From a virus: a stretch of DNA of 64,000 bases. The notes under the pieces were generated by a model, which had not been told where the DNA came from, made no database searches, and saw only the letters and a list, made by a program, of their open reading frames with translations. Shown piece by piece: positions 30,938 to 40,577 of the stretch. The position numbers were made by a program, and so were the translations under genes. Position 1 is the stretch's first letter. Each line of letters opens with the position of its first letter. Location of the stretch: positions 17,199-81,198 of the IMG/VR virus record IMGVR_UViG_3300008448_000038; one strand, 5' to 3'.

Positions 30938-32420
30938 GATTAAAATAGAAGCTGTTGATGATGCATTCATCAAGATACGATGTCCAAAAGACATCGCTAA
31001 AGAGCTTAATACCTATTTTACATTCACAGTCCCAAATCACAAATACAATCCATCATTTAGAAAGAGATTATGGGATGGTAAGATTCGTCTTTATAACCTT
31101 GCTAGTCAGAGAATTTACAAAGGAATGCTTCCTTATGTTAAGAAATTCTTCGATGATCGACATTATTCATACAAGAATGAAATCAATGAAGAAACTTCTT
31201 ACATTGAAGAAGAACACATTCGTAAATTCATAACAGATTATCTCAAGGTATCAAGTGGTGGAAAAATTATTACTCCACATGATTATCAAATCAATGCAGT
31301 AACACACGGAATCAGGAATAAAAGAGCATTACTTCTTTCTCCCACTGGTTCAGGCAAATCGTTGATAATTTATTCTTTGATTCGTTATTTTATCGACAAT
31401 ATGCCAAAGGATAAAAGTATTCTCATTGTTGTACCGACAACAAGTCTAGTTGCTCAGTTATACAACGACTTTGCAGATTATTCAAAATTAAATGGCTGGG
31501 ATGTTAAGGCAAATGTTAAAAAGATATATGCTGGGGAATCTAAGGCAATTGATAAAAAGATTGTCATTTCAACATGGCAAAGTATATTCAGAGAGAATGA
31601 AAAGTTTTTCGACAACTTTCATGCTGTGATTGGCGATGAATGTCATTTGTTTAAAGCAAAATCTTTATCCATGATAATGGAAAAGATGAAGAATTGCCCA
31701 ATACGATTCGGTCTTTCTGGAACCCTTGACAATACTAAGGTTCATAAATTTATAATTGAAGGTTTGTTTGGACCACTTTACAAAGTAACAACCACAAAAT
31801 CTTTGATTGAAAAAGATGTATTAAGCAATATTAATATCAATTGCTTGATATTTAAATACTCTCTTGAAGAATGTAATAAAGTAAAGAGAGTAGATTATCG
31901 GGATGAACTTGATTTTATTTTTTCTAGTGAGAAAAGATACAATATGATTCATCAGCTATGCAAATCATTAAAGGGTAATACTCTTGTTTTGTTCAGTCAT
32001 GTGGAAACACACGGTAAAAAGTTATATGATATGATGAAAGACTTTGATAAAAGGGTTTTCTACATTTCAGGAGAAGTGCCTCTTGACGAAAGAGAATTCA
32101 TTCGGCAGAAAATAGATACACTTGAAGACAGCATTCTCATAGCATCTTATGGTACATGTTCTACTGGAATTAATATTAAGAATATTCACAATATTGTTTT
32201 CTCATCTCCGTCAAAATCAGTAGTCCGTGTGCTTCAGTCTATTGGTAGAGGTTTAAGAAAATCTGATAACAAGACGCATATGACTCTTTATGATCTTGTT
32301 GATGATTTGAGATACAAGAAGTACACGAACCACACATTTAATCATTTCATAGAGCGATTAAAGATTTATGAAAATGAAAAATTTCCATTTAAGCTCATAA
32401 ATCTCAATCAAGATTCATAA
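30927..32420 (+). CDS. uvsW: SF2 helicase UvsW
   Basis: WDGKIRL, SPTGSGKSLI, DECH, LSGTL, LQSIGRGLR; start moved to the ATG at 30927. Confidence 0.95.
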   Translation: MDNEIKIEAVDDAFIKIRCPKDIAKELNTYFTFTVPNHKYNPSFRKRLWDGKIRLYNLASQRIYKGMLPYVKKFFDDRHYSYKNEINEETSYIEEEHIRKFITDYLKVSSGGKIITPHDYQINAVTHGIRNKRALLLSPTGSGKSLIIYSLIRYFIDNMPKDKSILIVVPTTSLVAQLYNDFADYSKLNGWDVKANVKKIYAGESKAIDKKIVISTWQSIFRENEKFFDNFHAVIGDECHLFKAKSLSMIMEKMKNCPIRFGLSGTLDNTKVHKFIIEGLFGPLYKVTTTKSLIEKDVLSNININCLIFKYSLEECNKVKRVDYRDELDFIFSSEKRYNMIHQLCKSLKGNTLVLFSHVETHGKKLYDMMKDFDKRVFYISGEVPLDEREFIRQKIDTLEDSILIASYGTCSTGINIKNIHNIVFSSPSKSVVRVLQSIGRGLRKSDNKTHMTLYDLVDDLRYKKYTNHTFNHFIERLKIYENEKFPFKLINLNQDS

Positions 32421-32438
32421 ATACTAATGGAGGTCATT

Positions 32439-33155
32439 ATGGAAGTAGACTACAAGATCTTTAAGTTGAAAAGTGGTGAAGAAATAATTGGCTTGATCGA
32501 TAGTCAGGATGATATGACCATTAAAATTAGTAGACCCATGGTTGTGAAATCGGTTCTCATGGTTGACAACTCTGGTTATCCAAAAGAAGTTATGATCATG
32601 CGTAATTGGCTTGAATTGACCAACGAGTTGGATGTTCAATTGCCAAAAGATCATATTGCCACTACTCTAAATCCTGCTAAGGAAACTGTTTTTCTATACG
32701 AGAAACAAAAAATGCGCGAAGATCAAGAATATCTCTATAAGCAAATGATAGAAGATGTGACTCCTAAGCTTCCAAGTGAGTTGGGATTTTCTGGAATGAA
32801 TCCGCAAATGATGAATATGATTCAAAAGAAAATGGAAGAAGAACTTTTTGGCAAGACTTCCAAAAAGGAAGAAGAAGATACTTCTACCCCCGAACCTCCA
32901 GAAAAGAAACCAAATATGGTTGGAATGTTTTTATTTTTCCCACCAGATATTATTGCAGATCTGATTGATACTGGAGTTTTAGATCCTGAGATGTTTGCTG
33001 AACTCGCTGAAGATGATGCGTTGATTCCTGAAATGGAAAGACTCTCAGAAAAAGAACTTAAAGAAATTGATTTGAGTGATTGGCCGGATGATCCAAGCAA
33101 ACTTCTTCAAGATAACTCTGAAGATATATCTGAGGAAGACTCAGAGGATACTTAA
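32439..33155 (+). CDS. Conserved T4-like Sm-fold-like protein with acidic C-terminus
   Basis: IFKLKSGEEIIG..., usual position after uvsW; start placed after GGAGGT SD (ORF track starts at 32427). Confidence 0.65.
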   Translation: MEVDYKIFKLKSGEEIIGLIDSQDDMTIKISRPMVVKSVLMVDNSGYPKEVMIMRNWLELTNELDVQLPKDHIATTLNPAKETVFLYEKQKMREDQEYLYKQMIEDVTPKLPSELGFSGMNPQMMNMIQKKMEEELFGKTSKKEEEDTSTPEPPEKKPNMVGMFLFFPPDIIADLIDTGVLDPEMFAELAEDDALIPEMERLSEKELKEIDLSDWPDDPSKLLQDNSEDISEEDSEDT

Positions 33156-33210
33156 AGTACTCTATAGTATCTAATAAGTATAATTTCCCTTGTCCATCGC
33201 GTACACGCTC

Positions 33211-33238
33211 ATTGTAGCAAGGAAAACAATTCTGTCAA
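33211..33238 (-). promoter_or_regulatory. Minus-strand sigma70-like promoter with no long ORF at its start site
   Basis: TTGACA (33238-33233)-N16-TACAAT (33216-33211) with an extended -10 TG. Confidence 0.65.
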
Positions 33239-33246
33239 TACCCCCA

Positions 33247-33274
33247 TTGCTCTTATGTTATTTGGACGTATAAT
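33247..33274 (+). promoter_or_regulatory. Sigma70-like promoter, leaderless, for gp55
   Basis: TTGCTC-N16-TATAAT, then 6 nt to ATG. Confidence 0.65.
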
Positions 33275-33280
33275 GTAATT

Positions 33281-33937
33281 ATGAAGAAAACTAAACAAAA
33301 GAAGAAAAAAATTGAATTAGAAGAGGACGAAGATGATTTAGGCTTTGATGATTTTGCAGTTCAAATAGAACCAGAAATCATAAAGCCTGCCACAAAAGGA
33401 CATTACATCGATAACTCAAAGTTTAATGATGAAATGACAAAGTGGATTAAGAAAGTCAGAACGGCTGAAAAAAATGGCAAGGATAGACCACCAGTAACTG
33501 ACTATATCGCTGAATGTTTCTTAAAAATCGCGGAACATCTGTCCTACAGACCAAATTTCATGAACTACCCTTACAGGGAAGAAATGGTGGGGGATGGAAT
33601 TGAAAATTGTTTGATGTATGCTCACAATTTTAACCCAGATAAATCCTCAAACCCCTTTTCTTATTTTACTCAAATTATATACTATGCATTCCTTCGAAGA
33701 ATTGAGAAGGAAAAGAAGCAATCATATGTAAAATTTAAGATAATGGAAGAAAATGCCGACGATAAATTCTACAAGTGGTTTAAAGAAAACTACTTTGAGA
33801 AGGACGGCAAGCCTGAATTAGCAGATGTGTTCAATCTCACAGAAAGAGATGTGGAAAGATTTGAAGAAAAGGCTGGCGGAAACGCCAAAAAGAAGACTAG
33901 AAAAAAGAAAAAAGTCATTAAAAGAGGTTTAATGTGA
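33281..33937 (+). CDS. gp55: Late transcription sigma factor gp55
   Basis: HYIDN, CFLKIAEHLSYRPNF.NY..REEM..DGIENC, NPFSYFTQIIYYAFLRRIEKEKKQ. Confidence 0.96.
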   Translation: MKKTKQKKKKIELEEDEDDLGFDDFAVQIEPEIIKPATKGHYIDNSKFNDEMTKWIKKVRTAEKNGKDRPPVTDYIAECFLKIAEHLSYRPNFMNYPYREEMVGDGIENCLMYAHNFNPDKSSNPFSYFTQIIYYAFLRRIEKEKKQSYVKFKIMEENADDKFYKWFKENYFEKDGKPELADVFNLTERDVERFEEKAGGNAKKKTRKKKKVIKRGLM

Positions 33938-34983
33938 AAATAGCAGTCATCAATGACACCCACTTCGGAATCAGAAATGATTCCGATTTGTTTTTAAATT
34001 ACTTCATAGAATTTTTTAGAGATCAATTTTTCCCCTACTTAAAAGAAAATAAAATTGATACAATAATCCACCTTGGAGATTTCTTCGATAGAAGAAAGTA
34101 TATAAATTTTAATACTTTAAACAGAGTTACGAATGAAGTCCTAATTCCTTTGAAGGAAATGGGAATTCAAATGCATTGCTTAGTAGGAAATCACGACACC
34201 TATTACAAGAATACAAATCGGGTCAATTCTGTATGTCAGCTACTTCCAGCCTTTGATAATATTAAGACCTATGGAGAGTTTGATGTTATCAACATTGATG
34301 GAACTGAGATCGCTATGGTTCCTTGGATCAATGATTCAAATGAGAAAGATATTGTCAAGCAACTCAAGAAATGCAAAGCAACTATTGCCTGTGGGCATTT
34401 TGAATTGACTGGATATGAAGTTCTTCGTGGTGTTAAGTTTGATGGCGGTATGTCAGATGAAGTTCTTAGTAAGTTTGAAATTGTTCTTTCTGGGCATTTT
34501 CATCTAAAATCATCACATAAGAACATTTATTATCTTGGTACTCAATACCAGATGTTATTTTCTGACATCAATGAAGCCAAAGGGTTTCATGTGTTTAATT
34601 TGAAATCTAGAGAATTAGAATACATTCAAAATAGAAATTGTATTTTCCATAGAATTTTTTATGATGACAGTGCAACTCCAAAGATCGACAAAATAGATTT
34701 TTCTCAATATGAGAATAAGCTTGTAAAGATTATAGTTCAGCGAAAAACTAATCCAGCAACTTACGAAAAATTCATTGATGGCATCAATTCTGCAAATGCC
34801 CATGAGATTTCTATTGTAGATGAGACATTCGTACCAGATGATTCAAATGATGTTGCAGATTTGAGTGTTGATACGTTATCTTTTATCGAAAAAGAAATTG
34901 ATCAATTAATTGATGTAAAGAACAAAGACGAACTCAAGAAAATGGTGCATGATATTTATTTTGAAAGTCTAGATAATGATTAA
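33934..34983 (+). CDS. gp47: Recombination endonuclease subunit gp47 (Mre11/SbcD-like)
   Basis: DTHFG, HLGDFFDRR, GNHD, SGHFH. Confidence 0.95.
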   Translation: MKIAVINDTHFGIRNDSDLFLNYFIEFFRDQFFPYLKENKIDTIIHLGDFFDRRKYINFNTLNRVTNEVLIPLKEMGIQMHCLVGNHDTYYKNTNRVNSVCQLLPAFDNIKTYGEFDVINIDGTEIAMVPWINDSNEKDIVKQLKKCKATIACGHFELTGYEVLRGVKFDGGMSDEVLSKFEIVLSGHFHLKSSHKNIYYLGTQYQMLFSDINEAKGFHVFNLKSRELEYIQNRNCIFHRIFYDDSATPKIDKIDFSQYENKLVKIIVQRKTNPATYEKFIDGINSANAHEISIVDETFVPDDSNDVADLSVDTLSFIEKEIDQLIDVKNKDELKKMVHDIYFESLDND

Positions 34984-36685
34984 GTTTACAAAACTGAGAT
35001 TCAAGAATTTTGGTTCTTTTGGCAATAACTTTACCGAGATAGACTTTGGTAAGAAGGGAAACTATCTTGTATCTGGGCGTAATGGTGATGGAAAGTCATT
35101 TGCCTTCTTAGATGCTATTACTTTTGGTTTATTTGGAGTTCCTTTTAGGAACATCAATATTCCTCAATTGGTCAACAGTGTAAATAAGAAGAATTGTACT
35201 GTTGAGGTAGAATTTGATATTGGAATCACCAAATACATGGTTAGGCGTGGTCTAGCACCGAAGACATTTGAGATTTATAAAGATGGCAAGCTGATAGAAC
35301 AAGCAGCCAAGACTAAGGAATATCAGGAATATCTGGAAAAGAGTATCCTAAAGATGGGATACAAGTCCTTTACACAGGTTGTAATTCTTGGAAAGTCTTC
35401 GTTTGTTCCCTTTATGCAACTTACTGCTGCTGACAGACGCGAGGTTATTGAAAATGTATTGGATATTGGAATCTTTAGTTCCATGAATTTGGTTCTAAAA
35501 GGCAAAATTTCACAGCAGAAAGAGTTTATTAAACAAAAAAAGACCGATTTATCCACAATTCAGGGCAAAGTAGATGTTTTGGATCGTAATCGCCAAGAAT
35601 TGGAAAAGAAAAAGCAGGATATCGAAACCAAGCTACAAAATAGACTAAAGGAAATAGATGTTAGTATCGCTAACTACAGCGAACCTATAGCCTTATTAGA
35701 GGCAGAACTAGCCACCAAGGAGGCGATTCTAGCCACTTTCGCAGAAACCAAGTATACTGGTATGCTTGAACTAAGATCCAGCTTAAAAGCCAATCTAGAC
35801 GCATTAACGGAAGACATCCAGTTTTACCAGCAAAATGAAGTATGTCCTGCGTGTAAGCAGGCTATAACGGATAATCATCGCAACGAAATTTGCTCAAATA
35901 AAAATACTAAAAAGAGCGAAATTGACACAGCCATTCAAAAATTGAATGAGATGATTCAAGAACAAAAGAATAATGATGATTCTAGAAAGACTTTAGAGAG
36001 AGAAATAGCAAATATTAAAAACGATATAAGGCAATCATCCCAAAAAATTGCCAATTTAGAAGAACAAAAGAAAATTTATGAAAAAGAAGCCAAAATTGAT
36101 CTGGTGGATACTATCGAAAAAATTACAAGTGACATTGCTACTTTTAAGAAAGAAGCTAAGTCATGTCAACGAAGCTTGGATACACTTTATAATGAGAACG
36201 AAGATCTAGAAATACTTTCTGGGCTTCTTAAAGATAGTGGTATTAAGACCAAAATTATTCGCCATTATCTTCCATTGATGAATCAGATCGTGAACAAGTA
36301 TCTTTCCAATATGAATTTCTTTGTCCATTTTTACCTAGACGATGAATTTAAGGAAACAATCAAGAGTCGCCACCGAGATGACTTTTCTTACATGAGTTTT
36401 AGTGAAGGTGAAAAGCTTAGAATAGATCTAGCTCTTCTTTTGGCTTGGAGAGAAGTTGCCAAGCAAAAGAATAGCGTTAGTTGCAATCTATTAATTCTGG
36501 ATGAAATTTTTGATTCTTCTCTAGATTCTGTCGGTACTGATGAATTGATGAAAATTCTAAATATATTAGGTAAGGAAACTAATGTGATTGTAATCAGTCA
36601 CAAAACAGATCAGCTTACCGATAAGTTTAAGTACATTTACACGCTGGAGAAGAAGAATAACTTTAGCAAAATAAGCCTTACATAA
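34976..36685 (+). CDS. gp46: Recombination ATPase gp46 (Rad50/SbcC-like)
   Basis: GRNGDGKS, CPAC zinc hook, FSEGEK, LILDE, VISH. Confidence 0.96.
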   Translation: MIKFTKLRFKNFGSFGNNFTEIDFGKKGNYLVSGRNGDGKSFAFLDAITFGLFGVPFRNINIPQLVNSVNKKNCTVEVEFDIGITKYMVRRGLAPKTFEIYKDGKLIEQAAKTKEYQEYLEKSILKMGYKSFTQVVILGKSSFVPFMQLTAADRREVIENVLDIGIFSSMNLVLKGKISQQKEFIKQKKTDLSTIQGKVDVLDRNRQELEKKKQDIETKLQNRLKEIDVSIANYSEPIALLEAELATKEAILATFAETKYTGMLELRSSLKANLDALTEDIQFYQQNEVCPACKQAITDNHRNEICSNKNTKKSEIDTAIQKLNEMIQEQKNNDDSRKTLEREIANIKNDIRQSSQKIANLEEQKKIYEKEAKIDLVDTIEKITSDIATFKKEAKSCQRSLDTLYNENEDLEILSGLLKDSGIKTKIIRHYLPLMNQIVNKYLSNMNFFVHFYLDDEFKETIKSRHRDDFSYMSFSEGEKLRIDLALLLAWREVAKQKNSVSCNLLILDEIFDSSLDSVGTDELMKILNILGKETNVIVISHKTDQLTDKFKYIYTLEKKNNFSKISLT

Positions 36686-36988
36686 ATGTACAACTACCGA
36701 GGAAAATTTCGAATACTACAGCCAGATGGCAATATGACCGTCTATTCTCAATATGATGTTGTCGAGAAGGAAGGCAAGCATTATATGGCTGTGTTTGATA
36801 CCTATGGTTTTTCTCCGGAACACGGAGAACTTCGCGGTTGGAAAAAAATAAATGGAACTGTTCCTGTCACCAGTAGCAGTGCCCCATCCAATCCTGATGT
36901 CGGACAGCAATGGCTTGATACTGTTTCTGGAATTCTATTCGAATATGTTGACGATGGAAATTCTAAACAGTGGTTAGCCATTAGCTAG
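36686..36988 (+). CDS. Small protein with a carbohydrate-binding-like module and a fibre-type motif
   Basis: YSQYDVVEKEGKHYMA...P...W and APSNPDVGQQWLDT..GILF.Y.DDGNSKQW. Confidence 0.6.
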   Translation: MYNYRGKFRILQPDGNMTVYSQYDVVEKEGKHYMAVFDTYGFSPEHGELRGWKKINGTVPVTSSSAPSNPDVGQQWLDTVSGILFEYVDDGNSKQWLAIS

Positions 36989-36995
36989 GAGACTT

Positions 36996-37181
36996 ATGGG
37001 ATACTATTATGAGAAGAAGAAGAATAATAGTTGGAGAAGAAAATTTTACAGAGAATTGGCAAAGAAGCAAAGGCGTTCTACCCGTCATTATTTGAACAAG
37101 CTTGTTCAAGATGTTTGCTCAGGAACTATTGACTTTGATGAGTTCTTGGATATGATGCGTAGAAGAGGTAATATATTATGA
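36996..37181 (+). CDS. Small basic hypothetical protein
   Basis: AGGAG SD; 61 aa; ATGA-coupled to gp45. Confidence 0.55.
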   Translation: MGYYYEKKKNNSWRRKFYRELAKKQRRSTRHYLNKLVQDVCSGTIDFDEFLDMMRRRGNIL

Positions 37182-37876
37182 AAACAAAAAGTGCCACCAA
37201 GCTAAGTAAAGAGACATTGCAGATTCTAAAGAACTTTGCATCTCTCAATTCCAATCTTCTTGTCAAGCCCGGTAATCGTCTTGTCACGGTTACTCCATAC
37301 AAGAACGTGATGGCAGAAGCCATCATTCAGGAAGAGTTTGATACTGAGTTTGCTATCTGGGATCTTTCGAAGTTTCTCGGCATTGTGTCGATGTTCGAAG
37401 ATCCAGACTTCATCTTTCACGACAAGTATGTCGAGATTGAAGGTAGCAATCACTCTACCGTAAAGTACTTCTATTGTGATCCGAAGCTTATTACTTCGTA
37501 TCCGACGAAGAATCTTGTCATGCCTCGCATTGTTCTTGAACTTGAGTTCTCGGAGCGCAAGTTAACTGAACTACAAAAGGCAGCATCCATTCTACAGATT
37601 CAGGATCTCAAGATCTTCTGCGACAGTGGTAGTATTATGGGTGAGATGTTCGATTCTAAGGACAGCACTACAAACACCTATAGCGTAGAGTTCCCATACG
37701 ATGGTGAACTTGAGACTGATGAGTTTGAGTTCCACTTCAAGATTGAGAATCTGAAGTTTATTCCGGGAGCTTATAAGGCACAGTTCTCGGAGAATATTGT
37801 GTCTAAGTTTATCTGCAACAATACTCCAATTTCATATTGGGTTGCAATGGAACCGTCTTCCAACTACGGAAAGTAA
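37178..37876 (+). CDS. gp45: Sliding clamp gp45
   Basis: KLSKETLQILKNFASLN, FAIWDLSKFL, FKIENLK, YWVAME. Confidence 0.93.
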   Translation: MKTKSATKLSKETLQILKNFASLNSNLLVKPGNRLVTVTPYKNVMAEAIIQEEFDTEFAIWDLSKFLGIVSMFEDPDFIFHDKYVEIEGSNHSTVKYFYCDPKLITSYPTKNLVMPRIVLELEFSERKLTELQKAASILQIQDLKIFCDSGSIMGEMFDSKDSTTNTYSVEFPYDGELETDEFEFHFKIENLKFIPGAYKAQFSENIVSKFICNNTPISYWVAMEPSSNYGK

Positions 37877-37880
37877 GTAA

Positions 37881-38828
37881 ATGAACATTGATCACTTTGT
37901 ATGGGCGGAAAAATACCGCCCATCATCCATTTCTGAATGCATTCTTTCTAAGGAGAATGCAAGTACATTCAGTAGCATGGTAAAGCAAGGAGAACCCCAG
38001 AATCTTATGCTATCTGGTCCAGCCGGATGCGGTAAGACTACGGTTGCTAAGGCTCTTTGCAAGGATCTCGGATGTGATTACATTCTGATCAACTGCTCTG
38101 AAGACGGAAATATTGATACTCTTCGTACAAAGATTCGTGGATTTGCTAGCACTGTATCGCTGACAAGCGCAAAGAAGGTAGTGATTCTTGACGAGTTTGA
38201 TTATAGTAATGCAAATAGCATTCAACCCGCTTTGCGCGGGGCTATTGAGGAGTTTTCCTCCAATTGTAGATTCATTATGACTTGCAATTGGCCGAGTCGC
38301 ATTATTGATCCTCTGCATTCCCGATGCACTCATATCTCATTTGTGATTCCCTATGAGGAAAGATCTACGCTTGCGACTAATATGTTCAAGCGGGTGAAAC
38401 ATATTCTTGATACTGAAAAGGTATCGTATAACGACAGTGCTCTTGCTACTCTAGTAAATAGTCATTTTCCTGACTTTAGGCGTATAATCAATGAGCTTCA
38501 GAGATATTCTGTCTCTGGCATGATTGACATTGGTATTTTGAGCCAATGTAAGGAAATTGACCTCAAGAAGCTGGCTGGATACATGTCCAGTAAGAATTTT
38601 GCTGAGGTTCGTAAATGGGTCGTCAATAATCTTGAGAATAACAACACAGATATTTTCCGAAGGATTTATGACAATCTGACTGATATGCTACAGCCAGCCA
38701 GTATTCCACAAGCAGTCATGATTATTGCAGAATATCAATATAAGGCAGCATTCGTCGCAGATCAAGAGATCAATATGACTGCATTCTTGGTAGAAATCAT
38801 GATGCAATGTGAGTTTAGGAAGAAATGA
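37881..38828 (+). CDS. gp44: Clamp loader large subunit gp44
   Basis: WAEKYRP, GPAGCGKTT, ILDEFD, PLHSRC, DQEIN. Confidence 0.96.
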   Translation: MNIDHFVWAEKYRPSSISECILSKENASTFSSMVKQGEPQNLMLSGPAGCGKTTVAKALCKDLGCDYILINCSEDGNIDTLRTKIRGFASTVSLTSAKKVVILDEFDYSNANSIQPALRGAIEEFSSNCRFIMTCNWPSRIIDPLHSRCTHISFVIPYEERSTLATNMFKRVKHILDTEKVSYNDSALATLVNSHFPDFRRIINELQRYSVSGMIDIGILSQCKEIDLKKLAGYMSSKNFAEVRKWVVNNLENNNTDIFRRIYDNLTDMLQPASIPQAVMIIAEYQYKAAFVADQEINMTAFLVEIMMQCEFRKK

Positions 38829-39196
38829 ACCTATCCAAGGTATTAGAAAGTATCAATTACACGAAGGAAGATGCCCTTGCCGACAACGATAAGGACTATG
38901 TTCCATTTGTGGTAAATAGATCATTATCTTACTTTATCGATACTATCGCCTATGCTAATCAGATGAATCTGTATCCCCATCTGAATAAACGACTTCAGTA
39001 CGATTACTTAAGAAACGCTGTTCGCAAGAAGCGTAGATTCAGCAAATGGGCCAAGAAGGTCGAGAATGACTGTCTAGAAGCCGTGTGCTTTTATTATGGA
39101 TGCTCCAAGGTAAAAGCACTAGAAATCATCGGACTTCTTTCCCAAGACCAAAAAACACATATACAAACCGAATACGAAAAACTCCAAAAAACCTAA
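38825..39196 (+). CDS. gp62: Clamp loader small subunit gp62
   Basis: YVPFVVNRSLSYF.DT...AN.MN, LQYDYL, KRRFSKW. Confidence 0.92.
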   Translation: MNLSKVLESINYTKEDALADNDKDYVPFVVNRSLSYFIDTIAYANQMNLYPHLNKRLQYDYLRNAVRKKRRFSKWAKKVENDCLEAVCFYYGCSKVKALEIIGLLSQDQKTHIQTEYEKLQKT

Positions 39197-39220
39197 ATAA
39201 ATTGGTATTATGGAGTTTTT

Positions 39221-39625
39221 ATGGATAATAATGACATATTTGATGGTTTAGGTGTTGAAATTACATTAAAAGATAAAGACGCTTTCTTGAAAGTCCGAGA
39301 GACTTTAACGAGAATTGGCGTATCTTCTAATCCAAACAAAAAACTATATCAGTCTTGCCATATCTTGCACAAGAAGGGCAGATATGCTATAATGCATTTT
39401 AAAGAATTGTTTGTTTTAGACGGTCTGGATAGTGATATGGATGAAACTGATTTGGCAAGAAGAAACACTATAGTGAAGCTTCTTGTTGAATGGGGTCTAG
39501 TAGATCCAGTAGATGAGAATAGATATAAAGAGCCTCAGCTTCCGCTGAATAAGCTCAAGATCATTCCCTTTAAGGAGAAGGGTGATTGGAATCTAGTTCC
39601 TAAGTACCATATTGGAAAGAAATAA
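39221..39625 (+). CDS. regA: Translational repressor RegA
   Basis: FLKVRETLTRIG, LYQSCHILHKKGRY.I.HFKELF.LDG, W.LVPKY.IG. Confidence 0.96.
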   Translation: MDNNDIFDGLGVEITLKDKDAFLKVRETLTRIGVSSNPNKKLYQSCHILHKKGRYAIMHFKELFVLDGLDSDMDETDLARRNTIVKLLVEWGLVDPVDENRYKEPQLPLNKLKIIPFKEKGDWNLVPKYHIGKK

Positions 39626-39912
39626 TGAATATTGTTAATGATTATGATTTGTATGATAAAGCAAGAAATATGCTTTATGAAGGTCTTGCCAAGTACGACA
39701 TCAAAAAACCAATCTTCATCTATGTGGATAATGAAATTGGCGATGCAGTTTTCAATATAAAAAAGAATAAACATAATTTTGAATTGGCTATTATTCTTAG
39801 CAATGAAGCTGTAGGTTTTGCTAAAGAAAATCTTATTGAAATTTTTAATAGATTTGATATGATTATTACTGACGATCCAGTAATAAACGAATATTCGTAT
39901 TGGGCTAAATAA
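39625..39912 (+). CDS. Hypothetical protein
   Basis: 95-aa ORF with overlapping stop/start codons on both sides. Confidence 0.55.
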   Translation: MNIVNDYDLYDKARNMLYEGLAKYDIKKPIFIYVDNEIGDAVFNIKKNKHNFELAIILSNEAVGFAKENLIEIFNRFDMIITDDPVINEYSYWAK

Positions 39913-40577
39913 TGGGCAAACTTTTAATTAAATTTCCAACAAGAAATAGACCAGAAAAATTTAAAAGAGTATATCAGCAATATTATGATTATCTCTCTGG
40001 AAATCATGATGTTAAATTTGTTATTTCTATGGATAATGATGATCCTACAATGAATAACCCCGAAATGAGGGAATGGTTGGACAAGCATCCATCAAATAAA
40101 AAGTATAATTATTCTGATAATAAATCAAAAATTCAAGCAGTGAATGCTGATTTAAATGATGAGAATGCTGATGTTCTCTTATTAGCATCCGATGATATGA
40201 TTCCCCAGATAAAGGGATATGATGATATTATTTTTAAAGAATTTGAATTATATTTTCCATCATTTGACGGAGCAATAAAATTTAATGACGGATTAAGATC
40301 TGATGATTTAATGACATTGTGTGTTATGGGATGGAAAAATTATGCAGATCTAGGATATATTTACCATCCAGACTACGCATCTTTATATGCAGATACTGAG
40401 CAAACGATATACTTTAAAAAGCTTAATAAGCTAGCCGTATCACCTACATGTATTATTAAGCATGAATGGACAAGTCATCCATGGGATGAATTACATGCTA
40501 GAAATGAAAATACTCAAATGTATATGAAGGATAAAGTTGTTTTTGACAAACGTATAAAAGAAATATTATCGCTATGA
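39912..40577 (+). CDS. Glycosyltransferase, GT2/GT-A-like
   Basis: IKFPTRNRP, SMDNDD, LASDDM, YADTE, IIKH. Confidence 0.75.
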   Translation: MGKLLIKFPTRNRPEKFKRVYQQYYDYLSGNHDVKFVISMDNDDPTMNNPEMREWLDKHPSNKKYNYSDNKSKIQAVNADLNDENADVLLLASDDMIPQIKGYDDIIFKEFELYFPSFDGAIKFNDGLRSDDLMTLCVMGWKNYADLGYIYHPDYASLYADTEQTIYFKKLNKLAVSPTCIIKHEWTSHPWDELHARNENTQMYMKDKVVFDKRIKEILSL

